DNA of 64,000 bases. Origin: Deltaproteobacteria bacterium. Lineage in GTDB: Bacteria > Desulfobacterota > Binatia > UBA12015. The DNA lies in assembly GCA_046583355.1 (NCBI GenBank), contig JAYGCM010000075.1, positions 1 to 64,000 of the forward strand, written 5' to 3'. The notes beneath the pieces were generated by a model. It was given only the letters and a program-made list of their open reading frames with translations, was not told the origin of the DNA and made no database searches. Below, in pieces: positions 42,512-55,751 of the stretch (positions are counted from its first letter, which is position 1; each line of letters begins with the position of its first letter). The position numbers were made by a program, and so were the translations under genes.

Positions 42512-43153
42512 TCAATGTAGCAACCAATTGATCACGGCCTGCTGCGTTGGCCCGAGAATACGCGATAGCGCGCCGGAGAAGATCACTAGCAGGAGCAGCG
42601 GCATTCCAAAGCGGCGCATCTGCGCGGCGGCCGGGTAGAGGCTTGGCGGCAGCAGACTCTCGACCACGCCGAACCCATCAAGTGGTGGAATGGGCAGGAG
42701 ATTGAAGACCGCGAGAATGACATTGATGAGGATCGAATAGAGGAGGAAGTTCATGGTGATCTCCAGCACCATGCTCTCACCGCTTGCGAAGAGGGTGTCG
42801 CGGAGGAGAAAGAAGATCCCTGAGAAAATCGCCGCGAGCAGCAGGTTCGAGATCGGTCCGGCGGCCGAGATCAGCAGGTTGGCCGAGCGGGGGTCGCGCG
42901 TATGCGCAAGCGAGATCGGCACCGGCCGCGCCCAGCCGAAGACCGGCGCACCGGTGGCGGCCAACACGAGTGGCACCAGAACACTGCCGACCGGGTCTAT
43001 ATGGCGCATGGGGTTCAGGCTGATCCGCCCCTGATCGTGTGCCGTTGGGTCACCGCAGCGCCACGCGACCCAGCCATGGGCGGATTCGTGGAAGGAGACC
43101 GCAAAGAGCAGGGCCACAACCTGGATCGCGATGAAAAGGGTTTCGCTCGTCAT
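42512..43153 (-). CDS. Site-2 protease family (M50) protein
   Basis: [23 protein letters not shown]. Confidence 0.95.
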   Translation of the reverse strand: MTSETLFIAIQVVALLFAVSFHESAHGWVAWRCGDPTAHDQGRISLNPMRHIDPVGSVLVPLVLAATGAPVFGWARPVPISLAHTRDPRSANLLISAAGPISNLLLAAIFSGIFFLLRDTLFASGESMVLEITMNFLLYSILINVILAVFNLLPIPPLDGFGVVESLLPPSLYPAAAQMRRFGMPLLLLVIFSGALSRILGPTQQAVINWLLH

Positions 43154-43279
43154 ATTACCTTGAGACCATCAGGCGGGTTCGGAGGGGTCAAGCCCGGTGT
43201 GCGCGTGACCCGCGGGCCGCCAAACGATAGGCCAGAACCAGATGAGCGAGTCCAAGGGGAAAAGCGGCCGGCGGTGGGT

Positions 43280-45586
43280 GTGAGCGACGCGGCCGAGCTC
43301 AGGGATATCGTCGGCGTTGACCCGGTTTGTGGCATGAAGGTCAAGTCCGTGGCCGAGGATCGCCGGGCGCGGCATGAGGGTGTGGATTATTTCTTTTGCA
43401 GCACCGGCTGTCAGGGGAAATTCAGAGGCGATCCAGAGCATTATCTTGGCGAGCGCGAAGAACCCGAGGGTGCTGCGGACGCGGTCTATACCTGCCCGAT
43501 GCATTCCGAAATCGAGCAACTTGGTCCGGGCGGCTGTCCGGTCTGCGGCATGGCGCTGGAGCCCAAGGAGATCTCGCTCGACACAGAGGGCGATAACGCC
43601 GAGCTCCTGGTGATGCAGCAGCGTCTTGTGTGGAGCGCCTTGCCGGCGCTGGCCGTCTTCCTGATCGCCATGTCGGAGATGTTGCCGGGGGCACCCCTGC
43701 AACACGCCATTGCGTGGCCTGTGCTCGCCTGGACCCAACTCCTGCTCGCGACGCCGGTGGTACTTTGGGGCGGCAGCCTGTTTTTCGCCCGCGCCCTGGA
43801 CTCGATCCGCACCGGCAACCTGAATATGTTCACTCTGGTCGGCATCGGCACGGGGGCTGCCTGGATCTACAGCGTCGCGGCGACACTCGCGCCCTCGCTG
43901 CTGCCGGCCGGGATGCAATTAGTGACCGGTGGGGTGCCACTTTATTTCGAAGCCGCCGCTGTGATCGTCGTATTGGTGCTGCTCGGCCAGGTGATCGAGT
44001 TGCGTGCGCGCGCCCAGACGGGAAGCGCCATCCGTGCGTTGCTGGGTCTGGCGGCGAAGACCGCGAGGCGGCTCGATGGCGCTGGTGGCGAGCAGGATGT
44101 TGCGGTCGAAGAGGTCGTGCCGGGCGACCGCTTGCGGGTGCGACCGGGTGAGAAGGTGCCGGTCGATGGCCGTCTGGTTGAGGGCCAGAGTGTCCTCGAT
44201 GAGTCGATGGTCAGCGGCGAGCCGATTCCCGTCGCGAAGAAAATCGGCGACCGGGTCACGGGTTCGACGATCAATGGTACCGGGAGTTTCGTGATGGAGG
44301 CCGAACGTGTCGGTCGCGATACGCTTCTATCGCAGATCGTGCAGATGGTCGGGCAAGCACAGCGCTCGCGTGCCCCCATTGACCGTCTGGCCGACCGGGT
44401 GGCGCGCTATTTCGTTCCTGCCGTCGTGACGATCTCCCTTCTGACTTTCGCTGTTTGGTTTCTTCTCGGCCCCGAGCCGCGCTTTGCCTATGCCTTGGTC
44501 AACGCGATTGCGGTGCTGATCATCGCGTGCCCGTGTGCTCTGGGCCTGGCGACGCCGATGTCCATCATGGTCGGCGTCGGGCGCGGTGCCAGTGCGGGCG
44601 TCCTGGTGAAGGATGCAGCTGCGTTGGAGGCCCTCGAGACCATCGATACCCTGATCGTTGATAAAACCGGGACCCTCACCGAGGGCCGCCCGAAGTTGGT
44701 GGAGGTTCTGGGTGACGATACGATGCTCGGCCTGGCCGCGAGTCTGGAGCGCGCGAGCGAACACCCCCTGGCCGAGGCGATTGTTGCAGGTGCCGAGGCG
44801 CGCGGACTCGAATTGCGTGAAGTCACGGAGTTTCGCTCGATCACCGGCAAGGGCGTCGTTGGGGATGTCGGTGGGCATCACGTCGCACTCGGAAATCGAG
44901 CCTTGCTCAAGGAACTCGGTGTGCGCGGCCCGCTCGCGCATGCGCAAGCCGATGCGTGGCGGGCACAGGCGCAGACGGTGATATTTTGCGCGATTGACGG
45001 CGCGGCGGCCGGCTTGATTGCGGTTGCGGACCCGGTCAAGGATTCCACCCCGGAAGCGATTGCGGCCCTGCATGCCCGCGGTATCGAGATCCATATGGCC
45101 ACGGGCGACGACGCCGCGACCGCCGCTGTGGTGGCCGCATCGCTGGGCATCGACCAGGCCCGTGGCAATATGCTTCCCGAGGCCAAGGCGGCGTGGGTCG
45201 CGGAGTTGCAGGCCCAGGGGCATAAGGTGGCCATGGCGGGCGACGGCGTGAATGACGCGCCGGCGTTGGCGCAAGCCGATGTGGGGATCGCCATGGGCAC
45301 GGGTACGGATGTCGCCATGGAAAGCGCCGGACTTACGCTTTTACGAGGCGACCTGCGCGGTATTGCGACAGCACGACGACTCTCCGAGGCCACCATGCGC
45401 AATATTCGCCAGAATCTGTTCTTTGCGTTTCTCTATAATTCACTTGGGGTGCCGGTGGCCGCTGGCGTGCTCTTTCCTTTCTTCGGACTTCTGCTGAGTC
45501 CCATGGTCGCCTCGGCCGCCATGTCCTTGAGCTCGGTTTCTGTCATCGGCAACGCGTTGCGGCTGCGTCGCCTTGAGTTGGACTGA
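43280..45586 (+). CDS. copA: Copper-translocating P1B-type ATPase with YHS domain
   Basis: DPVCGM (YHS), YTCPMH, CPC, DKTGT, EHP, GDGVND, YN and MSLSS; start set at GTG 43280. Confidence 0.92.
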   Translation: MSDAAELRDIVGVDPVCGMKVKSVAEDRRARHEGVDYFFCSTGCQGKFRGDPEHYLGEREEPEGAADAVYTCPMHSEIEQLGPGGCPVCGMALEPKEISLDTEGDNAELLVMQQRLVWSALPALAVFLIAMSEMLPGAPLQHAIAWPVLAWTQLLLATPVVLWGGSLFFARALDSIRTGNLNMFTLVGIGTGAAWIYSVAATLAPSLLPAGMQLVTGGVPLYFEAAAVIVVLVLLGQVIELRARAQTGSAIRALLGLAAKTARRLDGAGGEQDVAVEEVVPGDRLRVRPGEKVPVDGRLVEGQSVLDESMVSGEPIPVAKKIGDRVTGSTINGTGSFVMEAERVGRDTLLSQIVQMVGQAQRSRAPIDRLADRVARYFVPAVVTISLLTFAVWFLLGPEPRFAYALVNAIAVLIIACPCALGLATPMSIMVGVGRGASAGVLVKDAAALEALETIDTLIVDKTGTLTEGRPKLVEVLGDDTMLGLAASLERASEHPLAEAIVAGAEARGLELREVTEFRSITGKGVVGDVGGHHVALGNRALLKELGVRGPLAHAQADAWRAQAQTVIFCAIDGAAAGLIAVADPVKDSTPEAIAALHARGIEIHMATGDDAATAAVVAASLGIDQARGNMLPEAKAAWVAELQAQGHKVAMAGDGVNDAPALAQADVGIAMGTGTDVAMESAGLTLLRGDLRGIATARRLSEATMRNIRQNLFFAFLYNSLGVPVAAGVLFPFFGLLLSPMVASAAMSLSSVSVIGNALRLRRLELD

Positions 45587-45599
45587 AAGGGGCAACGCG

Positions 45600-48226
<2,627 letters not shown>

Positions 48227-48235
48227 CGGCGATCG

Positions 48236-49162
48236 CTATGCGGTAGCCGCGCCGGCGAGGACGGGGCGATAGCCGTGCTTCTCGATCCAGGCGTCGTCGA
48301 GAGCGCCGCGTTCGGTGAGCATTCGGTGCAGGCGGGGCAGGTTATAATGCGGCACGGTCATCAGCAGGTGATGCTCGAGATGGAAATTCACGCCGTTGGG
48401 CGCGATGAAGATCCGCTCCAGCAGGCTGACCTCCGTGGTGCGCGTGTTGCGCAAGGCATCGTCCGGGTCCGGGGCCATGGCGTGTTCGGCGATGGCGCGG
48501 ATACGTGTCACGAATTGAAAGGTGGTCATCCAGGCCGCCGCCCAGACGAGGTAGACCCAAGCGTGGCCGCTAGCGGCGCAGAGTCCGAGGATCGCCAGGT
48601 TGGAGATCACGACGCCGCGTAAATTGCGCACGCCGCCCAAGGTGCGGGCCTGCCGTCCCTCGGAGGTGCCGAGGTCGCGCGCCAAGGTCGCCTTCATGCG
48701 CTTCCATCCGGTTTGCCCGGTCAGGTCGCGGATCCATTTGCGCCGCATGCTGGCCTTTGTCACGGGGAAGGGGCGCACGAGTCCGAGATCGGGGTCCTCT
48801 TCCGTGTAGGTTTTTGTGTGATGCTGCAGGTGGTAGTTTCGGTAGGGGCCGATATCGGTCCAGGTCGGGTAGGCGGCCAGCCAATTCCCTACCAGGTCGT
48901 TCAGGCGACGATTCGCAAAAAGTGCATGATGCGCAGCGTCATGCATTAAAATGGCAAGTCCGAGCTGGCGGCCGCCGATCAGGAAGATCGCGCCCACGAT
49001 GGCCAGCGGCCAGGTGAGCGGCCACGGCCATAGCGCGACCACGGCCAAGGCGCCGAAGATCATCCCCCAATCGAGCAGGATGGAGGCCCAGGCGCGATGC
49101 GCCCGAAGGGTAACAAGCTCGCGGACTTCTTCCCGACTCAGAACCTTGCGCCATGGTGACAT
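48236..49162 (-). CDS. Fatty acid desaturase family protein
   Basis: His boxes HDAAH, HLQHH and HLEHH. Confidence 0.92.
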   Translation of the reverse strand: MSPWRKVLSREEVRELVTLRAHRAWASILLDWGMIFGALAVVALWPWPLTWPLAIVGAIFLIGGRQLGLAILMHDAAHHALFANRRLNDLVGNWLAAYPTWTDIGPYRNYHLQHHTKTYTEEDPDLGLVRPFPVTKASMRRKWIRDLTGQTGWKRMKATLARDLGTSEGRQARTLGGVRNLRGVVISNLAILGLCAASGHAWVYLVWAAAWMTTFQFVTRIRAIAEHAMAPDPDDALRNTRTTEVSLLERIFIAPNGVNFHLEHHLLMTVPHYNLPRLHRMLTERGALDDAWIEKHGYRPVLAGAATA

Positions 49163-49377
49163 GCTATATCGTCTCAAATGGCAGGCGGAGAAGCAATACT
49201 ATTTGCACTCATGGTGCAGCTTCCATCCTCGCCCTTTTGCCGATCTGGCTGGAGGTCCGGCCGGAAAGTGGGGCTGGAGACAGCGAATGTCGATCGCGGC
49301 TGCTGAACTTGTCGGCGTGGCGGGGGTCATTTAACCTGCCAGAGGGGGCGCGCGTAGGCCTTCACCCGGAGGATGGA

Positions 49378-50685
49378 ATGATCGGTTTTGCTTTTCTGCT
49401 TTTGAGCCTGGTGGGCCTGCTCGCCACGTGGAATGTGTATCGGCCACGGCTGGCGCCGATGAACGCTGCTGCGCTGAGTTTTGCCTTTGGCTGGCCGCGC
49501 GGCGAGCTTGCGCTGCATGTCGTCGCGGTGGAGGTCCTTATGACGCTGGGCTTCGGCTTAGCAGGCGCCTTCGGCACGGCGACGGGTGTGCTCGGACTGA
49601 TCTTCTCGCTGGGGTCCTGGGCGGGCCTCTTGCTCCATTACCGCAGCGCGCAGGAGGTCGAGGGGCTGGCGGAAGATGCGCTGGCGTATGCCCTCGGGCC
49701 CGCCTGGCGCTCCGACCTCCCCCCTGAGCTGGCGGCCCGGATCCCGGCCGATATCGACCGGGCAAGTCTCGTCCGTCCCTTTCCGCAGCGACACGCCGAT
49801 GTCGATGTGGAGCGAAATATAATCTATACCCGACAAAGCGGCCGCAACCTGCGCCTCGATATCTACCGCCCCCGTGGCGAGGTCTCGCTGCCCGGCCGCG
49901 GGCGCCCCTTGTTGGTGCAGATCCATGGCGGTGGCTGGATCTTCGGCTCGAAGAACGAGCAGGGCGTCCCCTTGATGTTGCATATGGCCCGGCAAGGCTG
50001 GGTCTGCGCCAGTGTAGATTATCGCCTTAGTCCGCAGGCACGATGGCCGGAACATATCGTTGATGTAAAGCGTGCCATTGCCTGGCTGCGCGAGCATGCC
50101 GCGGATCTGGGTATCGACTCCGAATTCATTGTGGTGACGGGCGGATCTGCCGGCGGTCATCTCGCGGCGCTTACCGCGCTGAGTATGAACGACCCGGCCT
50201 TTCAGCCAGGCTTCGAAGACGCCGATACTCGGGTCGCCGGCTGCGTGCCCTTCTATGGCGTCTATGATTTTCCCGGCACCTATACCACCCATCCTAATAC
50301 CTACCTGGCCGAGTTGCTGGCGAAATGGGTGATGCAGAGTTCTCTGGACGAGGCGCGGCCGGATTGGCAAGCAGCCTCGCCCTTGCATCGGATCACCGAT
50401 GCCGCGCCGCCTTTCTTTGTCCTTCATGGGGAAAAGGATTCGCTGATTCCGGTGCGCGAAGCGCGCACCTTCGTCGCGGTTCTGCGTGAGCGCTCGCGTG
50501 CCTCTGTCGCCTACCTGGAACTCCCCGGTGCGCAGCATGCCTTCGAGATCTTCGCCTCTTTGCGCGCTTTGCTCACGGTGAAGGCTGTCGGGCATTGGCT
50601 GGTCCGCCTGCATTCGATTCACCTGCGTGAGGAAGAGGCGCCTGTGGTGGTCAACGAAGCTACCGCCGGGGGGCGCGCCGGATGA
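49378..50685 (+). CDS. Membrane-anchored alpha/beta hydrolase (HSL-family esterase/lipase)
   Basis: N-terminal TM helices, HGGGW, GGSAGG, catalytic D and H (GAQHAF). Confidence 0.9.
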   Translation: MIGFAFLLLSLVGLLATWNVYRPRLAPMNAAALSFAFGWPRGELALHVVAVEVLMTLGFGLAGAFGTATGVLGLIFSLGSWAGLLLHYRSAQEVEGLAEDALAYALGPAWRSDLPPELAARIPADIDRASLVRPFPQRHADVDVERNIIYTRQSGRNLRLDIYRPRGEVSLPGRGRPLLVQIHGGGWIFGSKNEQGVPLMLHMARQGWVCASVDYRLSPQARWPEHIVDVKRAIAWLREHAADLGIDSEFIVVTGGSAGGHLAALTALSMNDPAFQPGFEDADTRVAGCVPFYGVYDFPGTYTTHPNTYLAELLAKWVMQSSLDEARPDWQAASPLHRITDAAPPFFVLHGEKDSLIPVREARTFVAVLRERSRASVAYLELPGAQHAFEIFASLRALLTVKAVGHWLVRLHSIHLREEEAPVVVNEATAGGRAG

Positions 50686-50717
50686 TTTTCACCAGCCGGA
50701 CCTCGAGGTAGGCCGCC

Positions 50718-51965
50718 GTGTCGGCTTCTGCTGCAAAGAACACGGACGCGCCGCTTCGCGCGAGCGGTCCGCTGGGCGAGAGTTGGCGCGCCTGGGTTGC
50801 GCTGGGCGTGGGGGTGCTCGCGGTCAGCGCCCACTCGCTGCTTCATTACGGCATCTCGCCGCTGATGAAGACTATCACAGAGGACCTCAGCTGGACACGT
50901 GGCGACTATGCCCAGGCGGTGAATTTTCGCCTGATCCTGATGATGTGTTTCATTCCCTTTGCAGGCGCTTTGGCCGACCGGGTCGGGCCACGTCCGGTGC
51001 TCGTCTTCGGTGCCATCGCGGTCGGCATGGGCGTGGTCGGACTCTCGCGCATGGATTCGCTGCCCTATTTCTTCGGCGCGAACTTTCTGATTGGTCCCGG
51101 CCAGGCTTTCATCGGCTCGGTGGCCGGCTCGGCCCTGGTGCTGCGCCTCTTCAAACGGCGCCACGGACTCGCCATCGGAATCCTCAATGGCGGTGATAAT
51201 CTCATCACCGGCCTGGTGCATTCGCTGTCGGCCTTTCTCTTGCTGCATTACGGCTGGCGCGGCGCTTTGAGTACCTTATCGATCGGCTATTTCGTACTTG
51301 GCGTACTGATCTGGGTCGTGCTCTCGCGCGGCGAAGGGCGCAGCGAGGCCGTGGCGGAGGGCGCGGCGGCGGTTCCCGGGATTCCGTGGCGCGATGGGCG
51401 CCTCTGGCTGGTGATCCTCACCTATATCGGCATCTATTCTTTCATCACCTCGATTGGTTTCCATTTTCCTGCCTTCCGTCAGGATATGGGCAGTCGCGCC
51501 GATCAAGCCGCCTGGCTCTACAGCTTCAGCACGATTGTCGGCGGTGTGGGCTCGATCTTCATCGGCTGGATCGCCGAGCGGATCAGTGCGCGGCGGACAT
51601 TGGTCTATGTTGTTCTTGTCCTTGCCGCGACCTCGGTGATCCTCTGGTTGCCGGTGGGCGAGGGCGTCTTCTACGGCTGGGCCTTCTTCTATGGCATCGC
51701 CAATGCCGGCGGTGTGGCTCTGCTTGCCTTGACCCTGGCCGAGATCTTCGGCCGGGATGCCATCGGCCGGATCATGGGCTTTGCGATGGTCTTCTGCATG
51801 GGCGCTACGGTGGTGGGGAATTGGTTCACCGCCGCGATCTTCGATGCCTCCGGAGGCTATGTTGCCGCCTGGCAGGCCTATACGCTGGTGCTTCTCGTGG
51901 CGGTGTTGCCCGCATTGGCTCTGATGCGCCACCAGGGTCCGATTGCGTCTCGCGATCTCACCTGA
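50718..51965 (+). CDS. MFS transporter
   Basis: GALADRVGPR motif A and about twelve TM segments. Confidence 0.92.
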   Translation: MSASAAKNTDAPLRASGPLGESWRAWVALGVGVLAVSAHSLLHYGISPLMKTITEDLSWTRGDYAQAVNFRLILMMCFIPFAGALADRVGPRPVLVFGAIAVGMGVVGLSRMDSLPYFFGANFLIGPGQAFIGSVAGSALVLRLFKRRHGLAIGILNGGDNLITGLVHSLSAFLLLHYGWRGALSTLSIGYFVLGVLIWVVLSRGEGRSEAVAEGAAAVPGIPWRDGRLWLVILTYIGIYSFITSIGFHFPAFRQDMGSRADQAAWLYSFSTIVGGVGSIFIGWIAERISARRTLVYVVLVLAATSVILWLPVGEGVFYGWAFFYGIANAGGVALLALTLAEIFGRDAIGRIMGFAMVFCMGATVVGNWFTAAIFDASGGYVAAWQAYTLVLLVAVLPALALMRHQGPIASRDLT

Positions 51966-51977
51966 TTCTTTGACTCT

Positions 51978-52658
51978 ATGCCGCCCGAAGGACCTATTGT
52001 GGATGAAACCCTTGCCGATGCCTTGACCGACGAAGTTCGTGCCGAACGACGCGACGCGTTGAGTGGCCCCGATAGCCCCGAAGGTCGTGCCTTGGCGGCA
52101 GCGGTGGGCAAGAATGTGGCTACGATGCGCGCCGAACGCGGCCTCGATCTGCCCACCTTGGCGCGGCGAACGGGGATTCGCGTGGATCTTCTCGAGGCGC
52201 TTGAGGGGGGCCGAGCGGTGCCAAGCCTGCGCGCCGTATGGCACCTCGCCACCGGCTTGGAGGTGCCCTTTGGCCGATTGTTGGCCGATACCATGCTGAC
52301 AGCGAGTGGTGACCCTGATTTTCGCATCCAGCACGCCGACCGCGGCCGGGTCATCCAATCCTCGACCGGGAGTTTTCGCTCCCGCGTGCTTTTCCGCGAG
52401 GGCGATCCGCGCGCCCCGGAGGTCTACGAGTTCACCCTGCGCGCCGGCGCGACCGAGGCAGCCGAGCCGCATGCGGATGATACCTTCGAGCATATTACGG
52501 TATTGCGGGGCGAGTTGATTATTCGCTCCGATGGCAAGGAGGCTCGCCTCGGCGCTGGCGATACGCTCTTCTTCCGTGCGGATTTGCCGCATTCCTATGA
52601 AAATAGCAGCGATCAAGACGCCGTGGCTCATCTCGTGATGAGCTACTCGCACGGGTGA
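51978..52658 (+). CDS. XRE-family HTH + cupin transcriptional regulator
   Basis: N-terminal HTH (LARRTG..LE.G..PSL) and cupin (H...FE..G..GD..F..H.Y.N). Confidence 0.9.
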   Translation: MPPEGPIVDETLADALTDEVRAERRDALSGPDSPEGRALAAAVGKNVATMRAERGLDLPTLARRTGIRVDLLEALEGGRAVPSLRAVWHLATGLEVPFGRLLADTMLTASGDPDFRIQHADRGRVIQSSTGSFRSRVLFREGDPRAPEVYEFTLRAGATEAAEPHADDTFEHITVLRGELIIRSDGKEARLGAGDTLFFRADLPHSYENSSDQDAVAHLVMSYSHG

Positions 52659-53830
52659 CCCAAATGAATTCGAACATCCAAGGAAAGTGCGATTCTCGTT
52701 TCGCACGCGTGCGCGAAGCCTTTGCGGAGAACTTCGCCACACGCCGTGAGGTCGGTGCGGCTTTTGCGCTCTATGTGGAAGGCGAATGCGTGGTCGACCT
52801 TTGGGGCGGGCATCGCGACCAGGCAAAAACCGAGGCGTGGGAACGCGATACCATCGTCAATGTATATTCGACGACCAAGGCAATGGCGGCGCTTTGCGCG
52901 CATCAATTGGTCGAAGAAGGGTTGCTCGATCTCGATGCGCCGGTGGCGAAATATTGGCCAGAATTCGCGGCTGCCGGCAAGCAGGACATTCCCGTACGTC
53001 AATTGCTCTGTCATCAGGCGGGCCTGGCAGCTGTGCGGGAAAGCCTACCGGACGCTGCGCTCTACGATTGGGGCGCCATGACCCGAGCGCTCGCGGCCGA
53101 AGAGCCTTGGTGGGAGCCGGGTTCGGCGCATGGCTACCATGCCGTGACCTTTGGTTGGCTGGTCGGCGAGGTCGTGCGGCGCATTCGCGGCGAGAGCCTG
53201 GGTACGACGTTCCGGAAGCGTATTGCCGAACCCCTGGGCGCGGATTTTCAGATCGGCGTCCCGGATGCTGACCATGGTCGCATCGCGGAGATGAGTCCGA
53301 TGTCGCTGGACAAGGCGCCCGACGAACCCGCATTGGGCGAAATTCTGTTGAGCGATCCCGAAGGCGTGGGCGCCAAGGCGTTCATGAATCCCGCCTCGAT
53401 GGCGCTTGGTCCGAATGTTCCGGCCTGGCGTCGCGCAGAGATTCCCGGCGCCAATGGCCACGCGAGCGCGCGCGGCCTCGCCCGTATCTACGGTGCGCTC
53501 GGTGCAGGGGGCGCGCTTGACGGTGTCCACCTACTCTCGGCCGAAAGCATCGAGCGCTGCCGTACCGAGCAGGTCCGCGGCCACGACCTGGTCTTGCAAA
53601 TGGAGACCCGATTCGGCCTTGGTTTCATGCTGACCCAGGACCGTGCCGGTGCCCGCTTCGGCCCCAACGCCGGCGCATTCGGCCATCCAGGAGCCGGCGG
53701 TTCGCTGGGCATGGCCGATCCCGAAGCCGGCGTCGGCTTCGGTTATGTGATGAACTTCATGGGCCCGCATATTCTGCTGGACCCACGCGCGCGCGCCTTG
53801 CTCCACGCGACCTACGATAGCCTCTCCTGA
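52655..53830 (+). CDS. Serine hydrolase (beta-lactamase class C-like esterase)
   Basis: STTK (SxxK), LLCHQAG, GYH, FGHPGAGG. Confidence 0.93.
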   Translation: MTQMNSNIQGKCDSRFARVREAFAENFATRREVGAAFALYVEGECVVDLWGGHRDQAKTEAWERDTIVNVYSTTKAMAALCAHQLVEEGLLDLDAPVAKYWPEFAAAGKQDIPVRQLLCHQAGLAAVRESLPDAALYDWGAMTRALAAEEPWWEPGSAHGYHAVTFGWLVGEVVRRIRGESLGTTFRKRIAEPLGADFQIGVPDADHGRIAEMSPMSLDKAPDEPALGEILLSDPEGVGAKAFMNPASMALGPNVPAWRRAEIPGANGHASARGLARIYGALGAGGALDGVHLLSAESIERCRTEQVRGHDLVLQMETRFGLGFMLTQDRAGARFGPNAGAFGHPGAGGSLGMADPEAGVGFGYVMNFMGPHILLDPRARALLHATYDSLS

Positions 53831-53866
53831 TTCCCTTGATTGCCGCGCCGTGCGCAGTGGTTCGGC

Positions 53867-55051
53867 TCAGAAGAAAGAAGGCATGCCGTCCGCGCCGAGC
53901 AGCATGCGTCCGGCTGCCGCATAGGTCTTGGTCTGGTGGACCAGATGCGAATTCACCGCGATCATGTCGCGGCGCAAGCGCTCCAGGGGACTCTTGCGGT
54001 AGAGGGCGCTGCTGCCCGCAATCTGGCAAGCGAGATCGACGACGTGCTGCGCACTGCGGCCCGCGTGGATGACGCATAGGCCTATCCGGGTGCGCTCCTC
54101 CAAGCTCAGGGGATCGCCTCCGAGCAGGGTCTGCCAGGCGGTGCCCATTACATCCATGACGTAGGCGCGTGACGCCTCAAAGGTAGCCTGGGCTTCGGCG
54201 AATTGGATCTGCACCGCTGGGTCATCGCGCAATAGCTTGTAGGTGGGGAAGCTGATTTTCTCCCCAGCAAGTTCGCGAGTCGCGTCAAGAGCCGCCTGGC
54301 CGATGCCGAGCGGGACTCCGGGCACGTTGGCGAAGAAGAAGCCGTGGTAGCGGTAGAGCGCTTCGCTGCGCCGGGGGCTGCTCAGTACATCGAAGGTATG
54401 TTCTTCGGCAACAAATATATCTTTGACCCGATAGTCGTTGCTGCCGCTGCCGGCCAGTCCGGTGGTATACCAGGTGTCGAGAATCTCGGCGTCCGAGGGT
54501 GAGAAGATCATCACGCGCCACAAGGGCATGCCGGAGTCACCCAAGACGGGCTTGCCGCCGCGTAGCAATACGCAGCCGCCGATCATATGGGTGGCGTGCA
54601 GGCAGCCGCTGCCGAAACTCCAATGGCCGGAGACGCGGTAGCCACCCTCTACGATCTCGGCACGTCCCACGGGGGCGAGCATCCCGGCGCAGCGGGCGTC
54701 GAGTTGGGGGAAGAGTTTGTGTCCCGGCTCGTCTTCGAGAAACCCGGCGTAAAACCCGCTATCGGAGAGAATGCTGGCACACCATGCGGTCGAGGCATCG
54801 GCGCGGGCCAGCGTCTCGATCAACTCGATTTGCTCGATCGGGTTCATCTCGGGACCGCCCCAGGCGCGCGGCATGGCCATGCGGAAAATTCCGGCCTGCG
54901 ACATTTTCTCGACCAGGGCCTCGGGGAGGCGACGCTCGGACTCGATTGTGTCGCGTGCCTCCAGGATGGCAGGCACCAATGCCCGGGCATTGGCGAGGAT
55001 GCGGGCGGAATCCAAGCCCTTTTTTGCGGCGTGGAGCTCAGGCTCGGGCAT
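53867..55051 (-). CDS. Acyl-CoA dehydrogenase-fold flavin-dependent hydroxylase (HsaA-like)
   Basis: W.FGSGC.HA, W...GL.GSGS.D, LERLRRD. Confidence 0.87.
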   Translation of the reverse strand: MPEPELHAAKKGLDSARILANARALVPAILEARDTIESERRLPEALVEKMSQAGIFRMAMPRAWGGPEMNPIEQIELIETLARADASTAWCASILSDSGFYAGFLEDEPGHKLFPQLDARCAGMLAPVGRAEIVEGGYRVSGHWSFGSGCLHATHMIGGCVLLRGGKPVLGDSGMPLWRVMIFSPSDAEILDTWYTTGLAGSGSNDYRVKDIFVAEEHTFDVLSSPRRSEALYRYHGFFFANVPGVPLGIGQAALDATRELAGEKISFPTYKLLRDDPAVQIQFAEAQATFEASRAYVMDVMGTAWQTLLGGDPLSLEERTRIGLCVIHAGRSAQHVVDLACQIAGSSALYRKSPLERLRRDMIAVNSHLVHQTKTYAAAGRMLLGADGMPSFF

Positions 55052-55163
55052 TTTTGGGGTGCTTTTCGTGATGGAATTCGTCCATCGTTTGAGGCTAGTA
55101 TGAGTCAGGATTCAGCTCAAGCGCACTTGCTGCCTCGAGCCGTAGAAGAGGAGAGATCGATTG

Positions 55164-55715
55164 ATGAAGGGTACGGGAACAGCGCCGTCGAAGAGTCTCC
55201 ATCATGTCGCGTTCACGACGCGCGACGTAGAGGCGACCTATGAATTTTATTCCGGCAAGCTCGGGATGCCGCTGCTGCACGCGGAGAATCATCGCCAGGG
55301 AGACGGCCATTTTCGGCATTTCTTCTTTGGCATGGGCAATGGTGAGGCGATCGCCTTCTTCGCGCTTGACGGTGTCGGGGAAGATGCTGACTTCAAGACG
55401 GATATTTCCACCGCGCTCGGCTTGCCTGTCTGGGCAAACCATATCGCGTTCCGGCTGGATTCCCGCGCGGAACTCGACGCGATGATCGAGCGTATGCACG
55501 ACAAGGGAATCGCCGATATCATGGAGATCGATCACGGTTGGTGCACGTCAATCTACACCATGGACCCCAACGGCATTATGGTCGAATTCTGCATCACAAC
55601 CGATGCCGCCGCCTTCGCGCAGGGGGAGGAAGAGGCGTTGCGCCTGCTTCGTCTTCCGCTGAGCGAGTTCGCCGAAGAAACCCGCAAGGAGGAGTCGATC
55701 GCCAAGGTGGTCTGA
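55164..55715 (+). CDS. VOC/glyoxalase family protein
   Basis: LHHVAF, HIAF, SIY.MDPNGIMVE. Confidence 0.9.
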   Translation: MKGTGTAPSKSLHHVAFTTRDVEATYEFYSGKLGMPLLHAENHRQGDGHFRHFFFGMGNGEAIAFFALDGVGEDADFKTDISTALGLPVWANHIAFRLDSRAELDAMIERMHDKGIADIMEIDHGWCTSIYTMDPNGIMVEFCITTDAAAFAQGEEEALRLLRLPLSEFAEETRKEESIAKVV

Positions 55716-55751
55716 AACCGCGGCGCGGAGGGGGTGCGCCGCTCGCCGGCT

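Noticed and set aside
42902..43279. N-terminal extension of the Cu-ATPase from ATG 42902
   Set aside because: It overlaps the divergent site-2 protease gene; the first domain (YHS) starts after 43280
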